38,825 nt of DNA, from the UHGV virus genome UHGV-0212475, one strand, 5' to 3'. The notes under the pieces are model-generated. The model was not told the origin of the DNA. It did not search any database and saw only the letters and a program-made list of their open reading frames with translations. Below are positions 8,047-16,831 of this stretch, piece by piece. Source of the stretch: a virus. Made by a program: the position numbers and the translations under genes. Position 1 is the stretch's first letter. Each line of letters starts with the position of its first letter.

Positions 8047-8253
8047 ATGAAACCATATTACGTAGAACTAGAAAACACAATTGAGGAATTAGAAGAATTA
8101 TTTGTTAAAAGATACATGGAACTAATGGAATGTGACGAAGATTGGGCTAGAGAAGTTCAAAAAATGGAATGCAACGCACCACACACTAAAGAAGATGTAG
8201 AGTTGATTCTAAAACAAATGTGTTCATTATGTGGAGTTGATTACACATGCTAA
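8047..8253 (+). CDS. hypothetical acidic protein (68 aa)
   Basis: AGAGGAGGAATTAAGAA RBS; conserved leader TATACTTAGTTCATAAGTTAAG. Confidence 0.45.
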   Translation: MKPYYVELENTIEELEELFVKRYMELMECDEDWAREVQKMECNAPHTKEDVELILKQMCSLCGVDYTC

Positions 8254-8567
8254 GTCAAAAAGAAATACTACTGGATAAACACTATCCAGTAGTATTAAAA
8301 TATTTATTATCTGAACTAAAGAAAGCAGATAAGAAACGAGATAGAGCAACCAAGAAACTAATGGAGATGAATGACAGGGATAACATGCACTCGCACACAA
8401 CGCAAAGATACTGGAAAACATCAGGTGATGTTGAATTTTATGAAAATGAAGTTCGTAAATTGGTTTCAGAAGTAAACTCAATTATTGATATTTATGACAT
8501 TAAAAATAAAATGCACCAAGAACGATTTTATTTTATAAAAAGTGTTGACAAACTTCTAAAGGCATGA
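8247..8567 (+). CDS. hypothetical protein (106 aa)
   Basis: overlaps the upstream gene by 7 nt. Confidence 0.45.
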   Translation: MLSQKEILLDKHYPVVLKYLLSELKKADKKRDRATKKLMEMNDRDNMHSHTTQRYWKTSGDVEFYENEVRKLVSEVNSIIDIYDIKNKMHQERFYFIKSVDKLLKA

Positions 8568-8573
8568 TATACT
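8545..8573 (+). promoter_or_regulatory. early promoter TTGACA-17-TGaTATACT
   Basis: -35 at 8545-8550, -10 at 8568-8573; leader shared with the 8010 promoter. Confidence 0.55.
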
Positions 8574-8603
8574 TAATCCATAAGTTAAGGGAGGAATTAA
8601 ACA

Positions 8604-8792
8604 ATGACAACTAAAGAAAAATACGAAAACAAATTACAAAAATTAAACGAAAGATTTGACAAATTAAAAGCTGAAATGATTGAAGCATACGACAAAGGAG
8701 ATAACGAAAAAGGACATAGATTAAACGACAGATTAGAAAACATGTTAGATGTGATTTTACTAACTGAAATGGTATTAGATACTTTTAAATAA
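8604..8792 (+). CDS. hypothetical coiled-coil protein (62 aa)
   Basis: AGGGAGGAATTAAACA RBS. Confidence 0.45.
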   Translation: MTTKEKYENKLQKLNERFDKLKAEMIEAYDKGDNEKGHRLNDRLENMLDVILLTEMVLDTFK

Positions 8793-8802
8793 AATACTAA
8801 AA

Positions 8803-8835
8803 GGGGTTGACAAGTTCAACCCCTACTAATATAAT
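8803..8835 (+). promoter_or_regulatory. early promoter TTGACA-17-TATAAT with the -35 in the GGGGTTGAcaagtTCAACCCC hairpin (second copy)
   Basis: -35 at 8807-8812, -10 at 8830-8835. Confidence 0.6.
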
Positions 8836-8864
8836 AAATGTATAAATTAAAGGGAGGTTATGAG

Positions 8865-9308
8865 ATGGACTTTCAAATTGGAACAGTAAAGAAAACCAAA
8901 GGACAAGTAAAGAAACACGCTTCACAGTTTACACATAAGGAAGTTGCACAAGTATATAAAGCTAGGGAGCGTGTAAAAGATTTATGGCTAAAGCGTGGTA
9001 TTAAGATTGGTTTTCACTTACAAGATAAAATCAGAAATGGTGAAACTAAATTTTCATATGAAATGACCATGAAAACAATGTTAAATAGCACAATTGTAGA
9101 GTACAACGAAACAGGCGCAGACAAGCGCATTTTACTACGTTCACACTATGCAGTAAACAAAGAAGTACAGTGTATTGTGGTATCATTATTAAGTGGTAAA
9201 GTAATTACAAGCTACCTAAACAAAGTAGATGACGTTCACAAGACACTTGACCAAAGGCGATATGACAAAAATTTGAAAATTAATTTACCAAAACACTTGA
9301 CAAAATAA
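8865..9308 (+). CDS. hypothetical basic protein (147 aa)
   Basis: AAGGGAGGTTATGAG RBS before the ATG at 8865. Confidence 0.5.
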   Translation: MDFQIGTVKKTKGQVKKHASQFTHKEVAQVYKARERVKDLWLKRGIKIGFHLQDKIRNGETKFSYEMTMKTMLNSTIVEYNETGADKRILLRSHYAVNKEVQCIVVSLLSGKVITSYLNKVDDVHKTLDQRRYDKNLKINLPKHLTK

Positions 9309-9325
9309 AAACAATCATTTATACT
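9297..9325 (+). promoter_or_regulatory. early promoter TTGACA-17-TATACT
   Basis: -35 at 9297-9302 inside the 3' end of the upstream gene; -10 at 9320-9325. Confidence 0.5.
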
Positions 9326-9356
9326 AAGTATATAATCAATTAGGAGGAATTAAGAT

Positions 9357-9629
9357 ATGAAACACAAAGGATTAATTATTGGATTGGCATTTGGATTAGG
9401 TTTTTCAGTAACTACAGCAATGTTGACAAACAACGTAAACAAACAGAAATTAGATGAGGTAAAACAAGAAGTACATTTATACAAGCAACTTAACGAACGT
9501 CAACAAGATATTATCTTGGAGTACAAAGTAGTATCAGGAATTGAAGTATCAAGTATCACAAAAACATTAGACAATAAAGAGTTAATTAAACAATTAGATG
9601 AAAAAATTAAAAAATTGGAGGAAAAATAA
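9357..9629 (+). CDS. membrane-anchored coiled-coil protein (90 aa; N-terminal TM)
   Basis: TAGGAGGAATTAAGAT RBS. Confidence 0.5.
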   Translation: MKHKGLIIGLAFGLGFSVTTAMLTNNVNKQKLDEVKQEVHLYKQLNERQQDIILEYKVVSGIEVSSITKTLDNKELIKQLDEKIKKLEEK

Positions 9630-9630
9630 G

Positions 9631-9792
9631 ATGAATGAAAGTATGGATATTTTAACAGCTGTATTGGTGGCGCTATTGGTAGGAATTATGACATTTGTGT
9701 TCACAGGAAATTTAGATGCAACTGTGGTAGCTGGTGCATCCTCATTAACAAGTGGTTTTGTGGCAATTAAAACATTTCAGGAGGATAACTAA
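9631..9792 (+). CDS. small membrane protein (53 aa)
   Basis: GGAGGAAAAATAAG RBS before the ATG at 9631. Confidence 0.4.
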   Translation: MNESMDILTAVLVALLVGIMTFVFTGNLDATVVAGASSLTSGFVAIKTFQEDN

Positions 9793-9793
9793 A

Positions 9794-10003
9794 ATGAATC
9801 TATTACAAGCGTATGAAGTGGTTGACAGTCATTTTTTAGTAGTGAAAGAATCAAATGGTATGACTGCATTAGTAATTGACACAACAAGTGACAAGTCAGT
9901 AGCACGATTATTTAATAAGTATAATGAGTTGACAAAGGTATTAAATATCAGTTACAATGAATCGTGGGGCGCAATTGAATTAGTAATTGGAGAGGAAGAA
10001 TAA
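9794..10003 (+). CDS. hypothetical protein (69 aa)
   Basis: GGAGGATAACTAAA RBS. Confidence 0.45.
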   Translation: MNLLQAYEVVDSHFLVVKESNGMTALVIDTTSDKSVARLFNKYNELTKVLNISYNESWGAIELVIGEEE

Positions 10004-10005
10004 AA

Positions 10006-10233
10006 ATGACAAACTTAGAACTTATTGAGAAACTAGACAAAGACACGTACAACATGACACAGGACTTTTTGAAAAAAGGTGTAACACAACATGAAATTGA
10101 TTTATATGTTACAAAAGGTGTTACAATGTATTTAATGCTATTAAAAGAATATGGAGAAAATATTGACAAACACATTGAAAATGGTAAAAATACAATGGAA
10201 CGACTAGAAATTACAGGAGGTACTTTAAAATGA
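10006..10233 (+). CDS. hypothetical protein (75 aa); tandem paralog of 10230..10463
   Basis: GGAGAGGAAGAATAAAA RBS; shared motif KG(V/I)TQ(H/E)EID.YVT. Confidence 0.5.
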   Translation: MTNLELIEKLDKDTYNMTQDFLKKGVTQHEIDLYVTKGVTMYLMLLKEYGENIDKHIENGKNTMERLEITGGTLK

Positions 10234-10463
10234 AAACAGAACGCATTATTGCAATTGATAATATTTTGAGTGAAATGGAAAATGATTTCAGAAGTAAAGG
10301 TATTACACAGGAAGAGATAGACAAATATGTAACATATAGTGTTTTAGGAATGTTAGGACTATTCAGCCAACAAGGAATTGACGTAGAAGAAGCTATTGAA
10401 CGTATAACAAATATGTTACAAGGTAATAAAAAAGGTGGTTCAGTACGTGAAACAAGAAGCTAA
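10230..10463 (+). CDS. hypothetical protein (77 aa); tandem paralog of 10006..10233
   Basis: AGGAGGTACTTTAAA RBS; ATGA overlap. Confidence 0.5.
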   Translation: MKTERIIAIDNILSEMENDFRSKGITQEEIDKYVTYSVLGMLGLFSQQGIDVEEAIERITNMLQGNKKGGSVRETRS

Positions 10464-10821
10464 ATTCAGTAGAAAAGTTGTAGATTATTTGGAAGCTAAA
10501 GGAGCAGTAGTAAACGTCAATACGGCAACCATATATGACCGTGTTGGACGTGCAGACATTGAAGCATGCTACTTAGGTTATTATATTGCTTTAGAGCTTA
10601 AAACAGGCAACTACCAGCCAGACCCACTACAAATCACATACTTACAACAAGTTAGATGTGCTGGCGGATACGGTTTACTATTAAGAGATACGCTTGACGA
10701 TTTAGAGGACCTATTACTTCACTTAAACCAGATGGATAACGGTGTAGAATATCCATTCACCTATGAACAGCCAGATTTACCAGATATTGCAGATGACAAG
10801 TTGGAGGTGTGGTATGACTAA
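10447..10821 (+). CDS. VRR-NUC domain nuclease (PD-(D/E)xK)
   Basis: GTG at 10447 with AAAGGTGG RBS 8 nt upstream (alternative GTG at 10435); motif GRADIE...ELK. Confidence 0.65.
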   Translation: MKQEAKFSRKVVDYLEAKGAVVNVNTATIYDRVGRADIEACYLGYYIALELKTGNYQPDPLQITYLQQVRCAGGYGLLLRDTLDDLEDLLLHLNQMDNGVEYPFTYEQPDLPDIADDKLEVWYD

Positions 10822-12109
10822 GATTGGAAAAATTGAATTATTACCAACGCAAATTGAAGGTATTAAAAAATGGAATACGCACCCTTACGATTTATCAGAT
10901 GCTGGAACAGGTAAGACATTCACTGCATTAGGTGCCTACCTGCAATCTGGATGCAGTAAGTTATTAGTTATCTGTTTAGCACCTAAGGTTGCAGACTTTG
11001 CAGAAGATGGTGCATTGATGGATATTAAGATTACACCACTAAATAAAGGAACAAAGAAAAATAAAGAGTTATTAGCTGAATCAAATAAAGTAGCAATCAG
11101 TTTTGAAAGTGTTTGGCGTATCACTGAATTATTGAAGTGGGTTGATAAAAATACATTCATTATCATTGACGAAGCGCACAAAGTGGGTGTAACCAGTTCC
11201 AAGGTTACAAAGTTTGTAATGAAGTTGACAAAGAAAACCAAGTATGTTAGACTATTAACAGCAACACCAGTTAGTAATGGAAAACTTGAAAATTATTATC
11301 CACAATTGTACATGCTTAATGTATTCCGCAAACCTAAAAAAGAATTTGAAGAACTATTTGTTATTAAGCAAATGCGTCAAATGGGTTCAATGCGATTCAT
11401 GCAAATTGTTGGGTATCAAAACGAGCATTTGTTAAATGACATGATTAATAGCGTTGCGGTGCGTTTTAAGCGTGATAAAGATTACTTCCCAGAAGATTAT
11501 GTATTAAAGACTAAAAAGCCAGCTATGTACGCTAAATTGAAAAAGAATCGCATGTATAAAGCTGATAACGGTGAAGTGATTGAATTAGATAATAGTAGTA
11601 AACTATTTAATGCAATGCGTTGTGTGTCACATGGTTTCTTATTAGGAATCAATAAACAGGTAAGTAAAGAACCATTTGAACGATTGAACCAGATTCTTGA
11701 AACGCACAACGACGAACGAATAGTTATATTTTATAATTACAATGTGGAACTTGAAATGTTGAAACAAGTATTAGACAAGTTAAAACGTCCATATAGTCAA
11801 TATAATGGCGCTAGCAAAGACTTAAAAGCATTTAAAGGTAAATACAACGCTGTTGTGTTAGCACACTACAAATCAGCTTCTACAGGCATTAATGACTTTG
11901 TTATTGCAAATGTGACAATTTACAATTCAATGCCTTTAGAATCAATCAACTATGAACAATCTAAGGCACGCACAGACCGTTATGGTCAAACCAAGAAACC
12001 ACTTTATTATCACATTGTACCTGAAACACCAACTGAAAAAAAGATTTTTGAAACAGTAACAAAGGGTAAAGACTTTACTAATGAAGATATTGAAAACATT
12101 TTAAAATAA
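10814..12109 (+). CDS. SNF2-family helicase (SF2)
   Basis: 431 aa from the ATG at 10814 (GGAGGTGTGGT RBS); motifs I DAGTGKT, II DEAH, III TAT, VI QSKARTDRYGQ. Confidence 0.8.
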   Translation: MTKIGKIELLPTQIEGIKKWNTHPYDLSDAGTGKTFTALGAYLQSGCSKLLVICLAPKVADFAEDGALMDIKITPLNKGTKKNKELLAESNKVAISFESVWRITELLKWVDKNTFIIIDEAHKVGVTSSKVTKFVMKLTKKTKYVRLLTATPVSNGKLENYYPQLYMLNVFRKPKKEFEELFVIKQMRQMGSMRFMQIVGYQNEHLLNDMINSVAVRFKRDKDYFPEDYVLKTKKPAMYAKLKKNRMYKADNGEVIELDNSSKLFNAMRCVSHGFLLGINKQVSKEPFERLNQILETHNDERIVIFYNYNVELEMLKQVLDKLKRPYSQYNGASKDLKAFKGKYNAVVLAHYKSASTGINDFVIANVTIYNSMPLESINYEQSKARTDRYGQTKKPLYYHIVPETPTEKKIFETVTKGKDFTNEDIENILK

Positions 12110-12112
12110 GTA

Positions 12113-12143
12113 TTGACAACTACTATATCACATGATATAGTAG
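12113..12143 (+). promoter_or_regulatory. early promoter TTGACA-17-TATAGT with a palindromic operator (CTACTATAT-N6-ATATAGTAG), third copy
   Basis: -35 at 12113-12118, -10 at 12136-12141; palindrome 12120-12143. Confidence 0.65.
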
Positions 12144-12170
12144 ATACATAATGTAAAGGGAGGATAAATA

Positions 12171-12914
12171 ATGGAACTATTAAGACTTAGAAAAAACGGT
12201 AAAGCACCATACAAAGAAGGTGCTTTCAATGGTGAAGATAAAGCAGAAGTGAAGAAGTGGGTTGCAGAAGGTGGCAACTATGGTATTCTAACTGGTAAAA
12301 TTTCAGGTATTGCAGTGATTGATATTGACACGCATAATGGTGTTAGTGGTGCTGATAACCTCAAAGAGTTTTGCGAAAAGTATGATATTAAGTTACCAGA
12401 TACTAAAACAGTTATGACACCAAGCGGTGGTTTACACATGTATTATATTCTGCCAGCAAAATATGATGATGTACAATTCATTCAAAACCACAAGGAACTT
12501 GAAGGTGTTGACTTCCAAACACATGGACGGTACGTTGTTGGGTGGGGTTCACAGATTGAAGGTGTAAAGTATGAAGTAATTGACAATTCACCAATTACAT
12601 ACCTACCATCAAAATGGTTTGATATTTTCACAGATAAAACAATTCAAAAGCAAAACAAAAAACGTGAACGCAAATGGACTGCAAACCTATTAGGTGATAT
12701 TATCGCTGGTAGTGATGAAGGAGGACGAAACAACTGGATAACGCAAATGATTGGCAAATTGTTTGCTACAGGCTTAGAACATGAAGAAGTGTGGGTATGG
12801 TCACAATATGTAAACCAAATTGGTTGTAATCCACCACTTGATGGAGTAGAGTTAAAACGTACCTATGATTCAGTTAAAAAACGAGAAGAACGGAGAATGG
12901 CAAAAGATGAATAA
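12171..12914 (+). CDS. DNA primase: Prim-Pol N-terminal domain + PriCT-1-like C-terminus
   Basis: 247 aa; IDIDTHNG (DxD) and TPSGGLHMYY motifs; AAGGGAGGATAAATA RBS. Confidence 0.8.
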   Translation: MELLRLRKNGKAPYKEGAFNGEDKAEVKKWVAEGGNYGILTGKISGIAVIDIDTHNGVSGADNLKEFCEKYDIKLPDTKTVMTPSGGLHMYYILPAKYDDVQFIQNHKELEGVDFQTHGRYVVGWGSQIEGVKYEVIDNSPITYLPSKWFDIFTDKTIQKQNKKRERKWTANLLGDIIAGSDEGGRNNWITQMIGKLFATGLEHEEVWVWSQYVNQIGCNPPLDGVELKRTYDSVKKREERRMAKDE

Positions 12915-13113
12915 CGCTCATATGTTTAGAAAATTGTTCCCAAATGGTTGGCTTATTGATGTAAAGCACAACCAAAATGGGTTTGGTGATATGTATAGTA
13001 CAAATTATAACTATTCAGTAATGTTGCAACATGTACAAAGTGGGTTTGTTAGTTTTGAAAATATTGAAACGGCGCAAGAAGTTTTTAAACTTATCGCAAA
13101 ATATGCAAAATAA
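12907..13113 (+). CDS. hypothetical protein (68 aa; start uncertain)
   Basis: ATG at 12907 with a weak GGAGA RBS. Confidence 0.3.
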   Translation: MNNAHMFRKLFPNGWLIDVKHNQNGFGDMYSTNYNYSVMLQHVQSGFVSFENIETAQEVFKLIAKYAK

Positions 13114-13208
13114 AAGACCCCACGCCGTAACGTGAGGTGGTAATAGTTGAAGGTGGGAGGAATCACCTTTGCTATAAATATATTATACCATAAAATAAAA
13201 GTTTTGTG

Positions 13209-13237
13209 TTGACAAATAAGCGTCAATATGGTACAAT
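13209..13237 (+). promoter_or_regulatory. promoter TTGACA-17-TGgTACAAT
   Basis: -35 at 13209-13214; extended -10 at 13229-13237. Confidence 0.5.
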
Positions 13238-13267
13238 AATACTTATAAAACATTAGGAGGAATTTAA

Positions 13268-13762
13268 ATGATTTTACATGATGGAATGTTAGTGAAACGT
13301 AAAGATACTGGGGCTAAAGGTGTAGCACATCAAATTTCTGGTAATATGTGGAAAGTAAAATACCATGATGGAACGCACACATATACCACACAATCAGCTT
13401 TTAAAAAGCATTTTGTTATTCCTGAATTAGAAATTAATTTTGAAGATGAACAAGAAGAAAGTATGACATATGATGAATACTTAAACCAGTCAGATGATGT
13501 TGTTACAAAACATTTAGAAAAAGAAGCACATAAAACAGCTTCTGATTTAATTGACAATCAAAAACATTACACAAATAACGGTATACAACCTATTCAAATC
13601 ATGAAAGCTAACATGACAAAAGAGAAATACCGTGGTTTCCTAGAAGGAAACATTCTAAAGTATCCATTGCGTTATGAGGATAAAAACGGATTAGAGGACC
13701 TTAAAAAAGCAAAAACATACCTAACTTGGCTTATTGAAGATATTGAAGAAAGAGGGTTGTAG
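13268..13762 (+). CDS. hypothetical protein with a DUF3310-like C-terminal domain
   Basis: 164 aa; TAGGAGGAATTTAA RBS; C-terminal NILKYPLRYEDKNGLEDLKKAKTYL pattern. Confidence 0.5.
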   Translation: MILHDGMLVKRKDTGAKGVAHQISGNMWKVKYHDGTHTYTTQSAFKKHFVIPELEINFEDEQEESMTYDEYLNQSDDVVTKHLEKEAHKTASDLIDNQKHYTNNGIQPIQIMKANMTKEKYRGFLEGNILKYPLRYEDKNGLEDLKKAKTYLTWLIEDIEERGL

Positions 13763-13763
13763 T

Positions 13764-13967
13764 ATGGAAAATGTAGAAGTATTTAATAGACCAATTGGAA
13801 ATTATAAAACTATACACCTATTATGTGAGTGGAACAAAGAGGACTATTTAGAAGTAACAAAGTACCCAGATGGTAATATCTGTGTAAGTATGGATACTAA
13901 TATACCAGAAGATAGTATTGTATTAAATATTGAACAACTAGAAAAGTTATTGGAGGAACTTAAATGA
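13764..13967 (+). CDS. hypothetical protein (67 aa)
   Basis: ATG at 13764 with an AGAGGG RBS. Confidence 0.4.
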   Translation: MENVEVFNRPIGNYKTIHLLCEWNKEDYLEVTKYPDGNICVSMDTNIPEDSIVLNIEQLEKLLEELK

Positions 13968-14443
13968 TTGAAAAATTTGAACCATTGTTTGAACCATATG
14001 ACAGATACGCAGTTTCAAACATGGGATATGTGTTAGACCGTGACACAGGTTTAACGGTCTGGAACTCATATGAGGACAACGGCAAACCCTATGTGGTATT
14101 AGAAGGCTCACACAACAAGACACGTAAGTTTTTTATTGCTAACTTAGTAGCTGAATCATTTGTACTAAATAAAGACAATCTAGGCTATCTGTATTACAAA
14201 GATGGTGATGTTAATAACACACACTGTAATAACCTTGGGTGGGCTATTAACCCACAAGAAGGCAAACAACGTGTTGCACGTCCACTGCGTAAAAAAGTAG
14301 AGAATAGACGTCATAGATTAATTATTGAAATTAATAAATGTATTGACAAAGATAAATGGGATACTGCTAAACGACTTGGAAAAGAATTATGGGAATTAGA
14401 AGGCAATCAATGGTCTGAACGCAATACACCATCACAGTATTAG
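13964..14443 (+). CDS. NUMOD4 + HNH_3 homing endonuclease
   Basis: 159 aa; YAVSNMGYV (NUMOD4-like) and YKDGDVNNTHCNNLGWA (HNH core); GGAGGAACTTAA RBS; ATGA overlap. Confidence 0.75.
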   Translation: MIEKFEPLFEPYDRYAVSNMGYVLDRDTGLTVWNSYEDNGKPYVVLEGSHNKTRKFFIANLVAESFVLNKDNLGYLYYKDGDVNNTHCNNLGWAINPQEGKQRVARPLRKKVENRRHRLIIEINKCIDKDKWDTAKRLGKELWELEGNQWSERNTPSQY

Positions 14444-14453
14444 GAGGTAGCAA

Positions 14454-15230
14454 ATGTCATTCAAATGGAACGTACACTACACAGGAAGTAAAGGAAATGC
14501 AGTATCAATTTTTAATAACAATCTAGGTATCTTAGTAGATTTTGGTAAACCATATAAATACATTGAACCATTCTTATATGATGTTCATTTCTTAATTGTA
14601 ACTCATAGACATGGTGACCATTTTAAACCAGCTGTTTATAAGAAGATTCGTGAAAACTTTCCTAACATTAAAATTTTAGCTAATGAAGAAGTAAGTAACT
14701 TAATGTTTGAAAAATCAAAAATTCCAGCAGATGTTGTCTTTAGTGATAACTTTCAATTTCAAATTGGCACAATGAAATTCACAACTATCCAGAACTACCA
14801 TGGTGCTGGTGAAGAATTAGTTGACTGTCATGGCTTCATTATTGAAGATACAGAAACACAAGAGGTATTATTATATGCAACTGATTTAAGCACTACAATA
14901 GACTATCAGGAATATTTAGATAAAAACGCTTTACAAGTAGACTACTTTTTGTTAGAATCTAACTATGACCCACAAGTAATTGAATTTTATGAATCAACGA
15001 AAGCACACACTGGTTTTGATATTTTTAGTAACGGTTCATATCGTCACTTAGCTTCAACAGAACATAAAGAATTTACAGAAAAGTATTGCAAACCAGATTC
15101 AATTGTGGTACCATTACACCAAAGCGAAACATATTCAACTTTTGAAGGACTAATAAAACGTACTAAAAAAGATGAAAATAAAATCACAATGGAGGACGTA
15201 GAAGAGTGGAAAAAGAAAAACCAAAAGTAA
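14454..15230 (+). CDS. metallo-beta-lactamase-fold hydrolase
   Basis: 258 aa; HRHGDH (HxHxDH) motif; TAGGAGGTAGCAA RBS. Confidence 0.75.
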   Translation: MSFKWNVHYTGSKGNAVSIFNNNLGILVDFGKPYKYIEPFLYDVHFLIVTHRHGDHFKPAVYKKIRENFPNIKILANEEVSNLMFEKSKIPADVVFSDNFQFQIGTMKFTTIQNYHGAGEELVDCHGFIIEDTETQEVLLYATDLSTTIDYQEYLDKNALQVDYFLLESNYDPQVIEFYESTKAHTGFDIFSNGSYRHLASTEHKEFTEKYCKPDSIVVPLHQSETYSTFEGLIKRTKKDENKITMEDVEEWKKKNQK

Positions 15231-15406
15231 ATTACGAAACTAATTATAAGGTGTTATTAATGTTAGATTATGGGTTCACAACTAACAACTTAATAGCAAC
15301 ACTTGAAGAACGAACAGACCTAATTAAAATGGGGTTCACATTTAACGAGATTTTCAAAGCTAAGTGGCTACGATTGAAAGCGGAGGACGAACGCAATGGA
15401 ATTTGA
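15206..15406 (+). CDS. hypothetical protein (66 aa; start uncertain, GTG at 15206 or ATG at 15260)
   Basis: overlaps the 3' end of the MBL gene; GGAGGAC 8 nt upstream of the GTG. Confidence 0.3.
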   Translation: MEKEKPKVNYETNYKVLLMLDYGFTTNNLIATLEERTDLIKMGFTFNEIFKAKWLRLKAEDERNGI

Positions 15407-16214
15407 AATTGCAATTAAAACCAATGGTGTTCAGTCAATAGAATTTGCAGACTATGAAAAAATACTAAATGACGCACAGAAGTTGGCTGATAAAATGAAA
15501 GAGCAAGAAGTTACAGAAGAAGCAATCAAAGAGAATAAAAAACTAGTAGCTACAATCAATAAACGAATTAGAGAGCTAGACACACAACGTAAACTAGTGA
15601 AAAGTGAAATCATGACACCTTATGACGAATTAAACGAAAAGATTCAGACTTTAAAGGACGTACTAAAGGAAGGTATAGAACATGTCAATGTACAAATTAA
15701 AACGTTCAACGAGCAAGAACAAAAAGAACGTACATTACAGATTGAAGAACTTTTCAATAAGTACCAAGCTTCATATAATGCGCCACAATGGCTATCTTTT
15801 GATAAGTTCATTGCAAAAAATAGAAGTTTAGTAACTAATAAAGCAACGTCACAAAAGACAATCACACAAGCGGTTGTAATGTATTTTGAACTGTTTAAAC
15901 AGGACTATTCAGACTTGAAAGAACAGGTAACAGATAAAGATGACCGCATGGCAATCCTTATTGCATATTCAAGAAATGGTTTCAATATGAGTGAAGCTAT
16001 TGAAGAATTTAAAGAAATGAAGTCAGAACGTGAACGATTGGAAAAGGAACAACAACGAGTAAGAGAAACAAAAGTTCCTGATATTGTAATTTTAACAGGA
16101 AATGAAGATAAAATTGTTGACAAACCAGTTGAAGTGAGTTATACTAACATTAAGGTTAAGACATCAGACTTATCCAAACTAAAAGAATTAGGAATTGAAT
16201 GGGAGGAAATTTAA
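15396..16214 (+). CDS. hypothetical coiled-coil protein (272 aa)
   Basis: GCGGAGGACGAACGCA RBS; long heptad-like Glu/Lys-rich regions. Confidence 0.55.
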   Translation: MEFEIAIKTNGVQSIEFADYEKILNDAQKLADKMKEQEVTEEAIKENKKLVATINKRIRELDTQRKLVKSEIMTPYDELNEKIQTLKDVLKEGIEHVNVQIKTFNEQEQKERTLQIEELFNKYQASYNAPQWLSFDKFIAKNRSLVTNKATSQKTITQAVVMYFELFKQDYSDLKEQVTDKDDRMAILIAYSRNGFNMSEAIEEFKEMKSERERLEKEQQRVRETKVPDIVILTGNEDKIVDKPVEVSYTNIKVKTSDLSKLKELGIEWEEI

Positions 16215-16508
16215 ATGATTATCAAAGAAGATGTATTGCGTTGTACGTTTTTTTCAAAGAATTTAAAAGAAGCAAGTATCACATTTAAAAAACTGGTAGA
16301 GCGTAGAAATAAATACAATGCACCAGAGTTTGACTTTGATGGTGCTAGATTTTATGTTGAAAGTATGGCAGTAGAATATAAAATAAATGAGTTCCACATT
16401 ATGAGGGCGGCGCTTGTAACTATGGATGGTAGCGGAAAATACGCTGGTGGTAGATTCCATCTTGATGTTGACTACAACGCAAACACAATGACATTGGAGG
16501 AAATTTAA
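16215..16508 (+). CDS. hypothetical protein (97 aa)
   Basis: GGGAGGAAATTTAA RBS; flanked by the 16-bp junction repeat GGAGGAAATTTAAATG. Confidence 0.5.
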   Translation: MIIKEDVLRCTFFSKNLKEASITFKKLVERRNKYNAPEFDFDGARFYVESMAVEYKINEFHIMRAALVTMDGSGKYAGGRFHLDVDYNANTMTLEEI

Positions 16509-16754
16509 ATGGGTTTATTTGATTGGACGTTACATGACCTAAATGGTAAACGTGATGTAGAATTAGTAGTTAGTGTTTCACCAATATTACAAGACATTTA
16601 TATTGATGAAGTACCATATTCATTCCATGACTTCAATATGGTTTCAAATGATGATGAAACCATTATTAGAGGTAGTGTATATGAAGATGGTGGGCTGGAA
16701 CTAGTGAATGTATTTCTAAATTGTAAAAAGAAATATATTTTATTTGGAAAATAA
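16509..16754 (+). CDS. hypothetical protein (81 aa)
   Basis: TTGGAGGAAATTTAA RBS. Confidence 0.5.
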   Translation: MGLFDWTLHDLNGKRDVELVVSVSPILQDIYIDEVPYSFHDFNMVSNDDETIIRGSVYEDGGLELVNVFLNCKKKYILFGK

Positions 16755-16831
16755 GGTACACAAGTTAGGGAAAGTATGTTATACTATTTAAGTAGTAAAA
16801 AATAAAAACAAATTATTGGAGGAATTTTATT

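Noticed and set aside
13111-13160. Possible terminator after ORF 12907..13113 (CCCCACGccgtaaCGTGAGGTGG)
   Set aside because: Stem is imperfect and there is no U-tract; not called.
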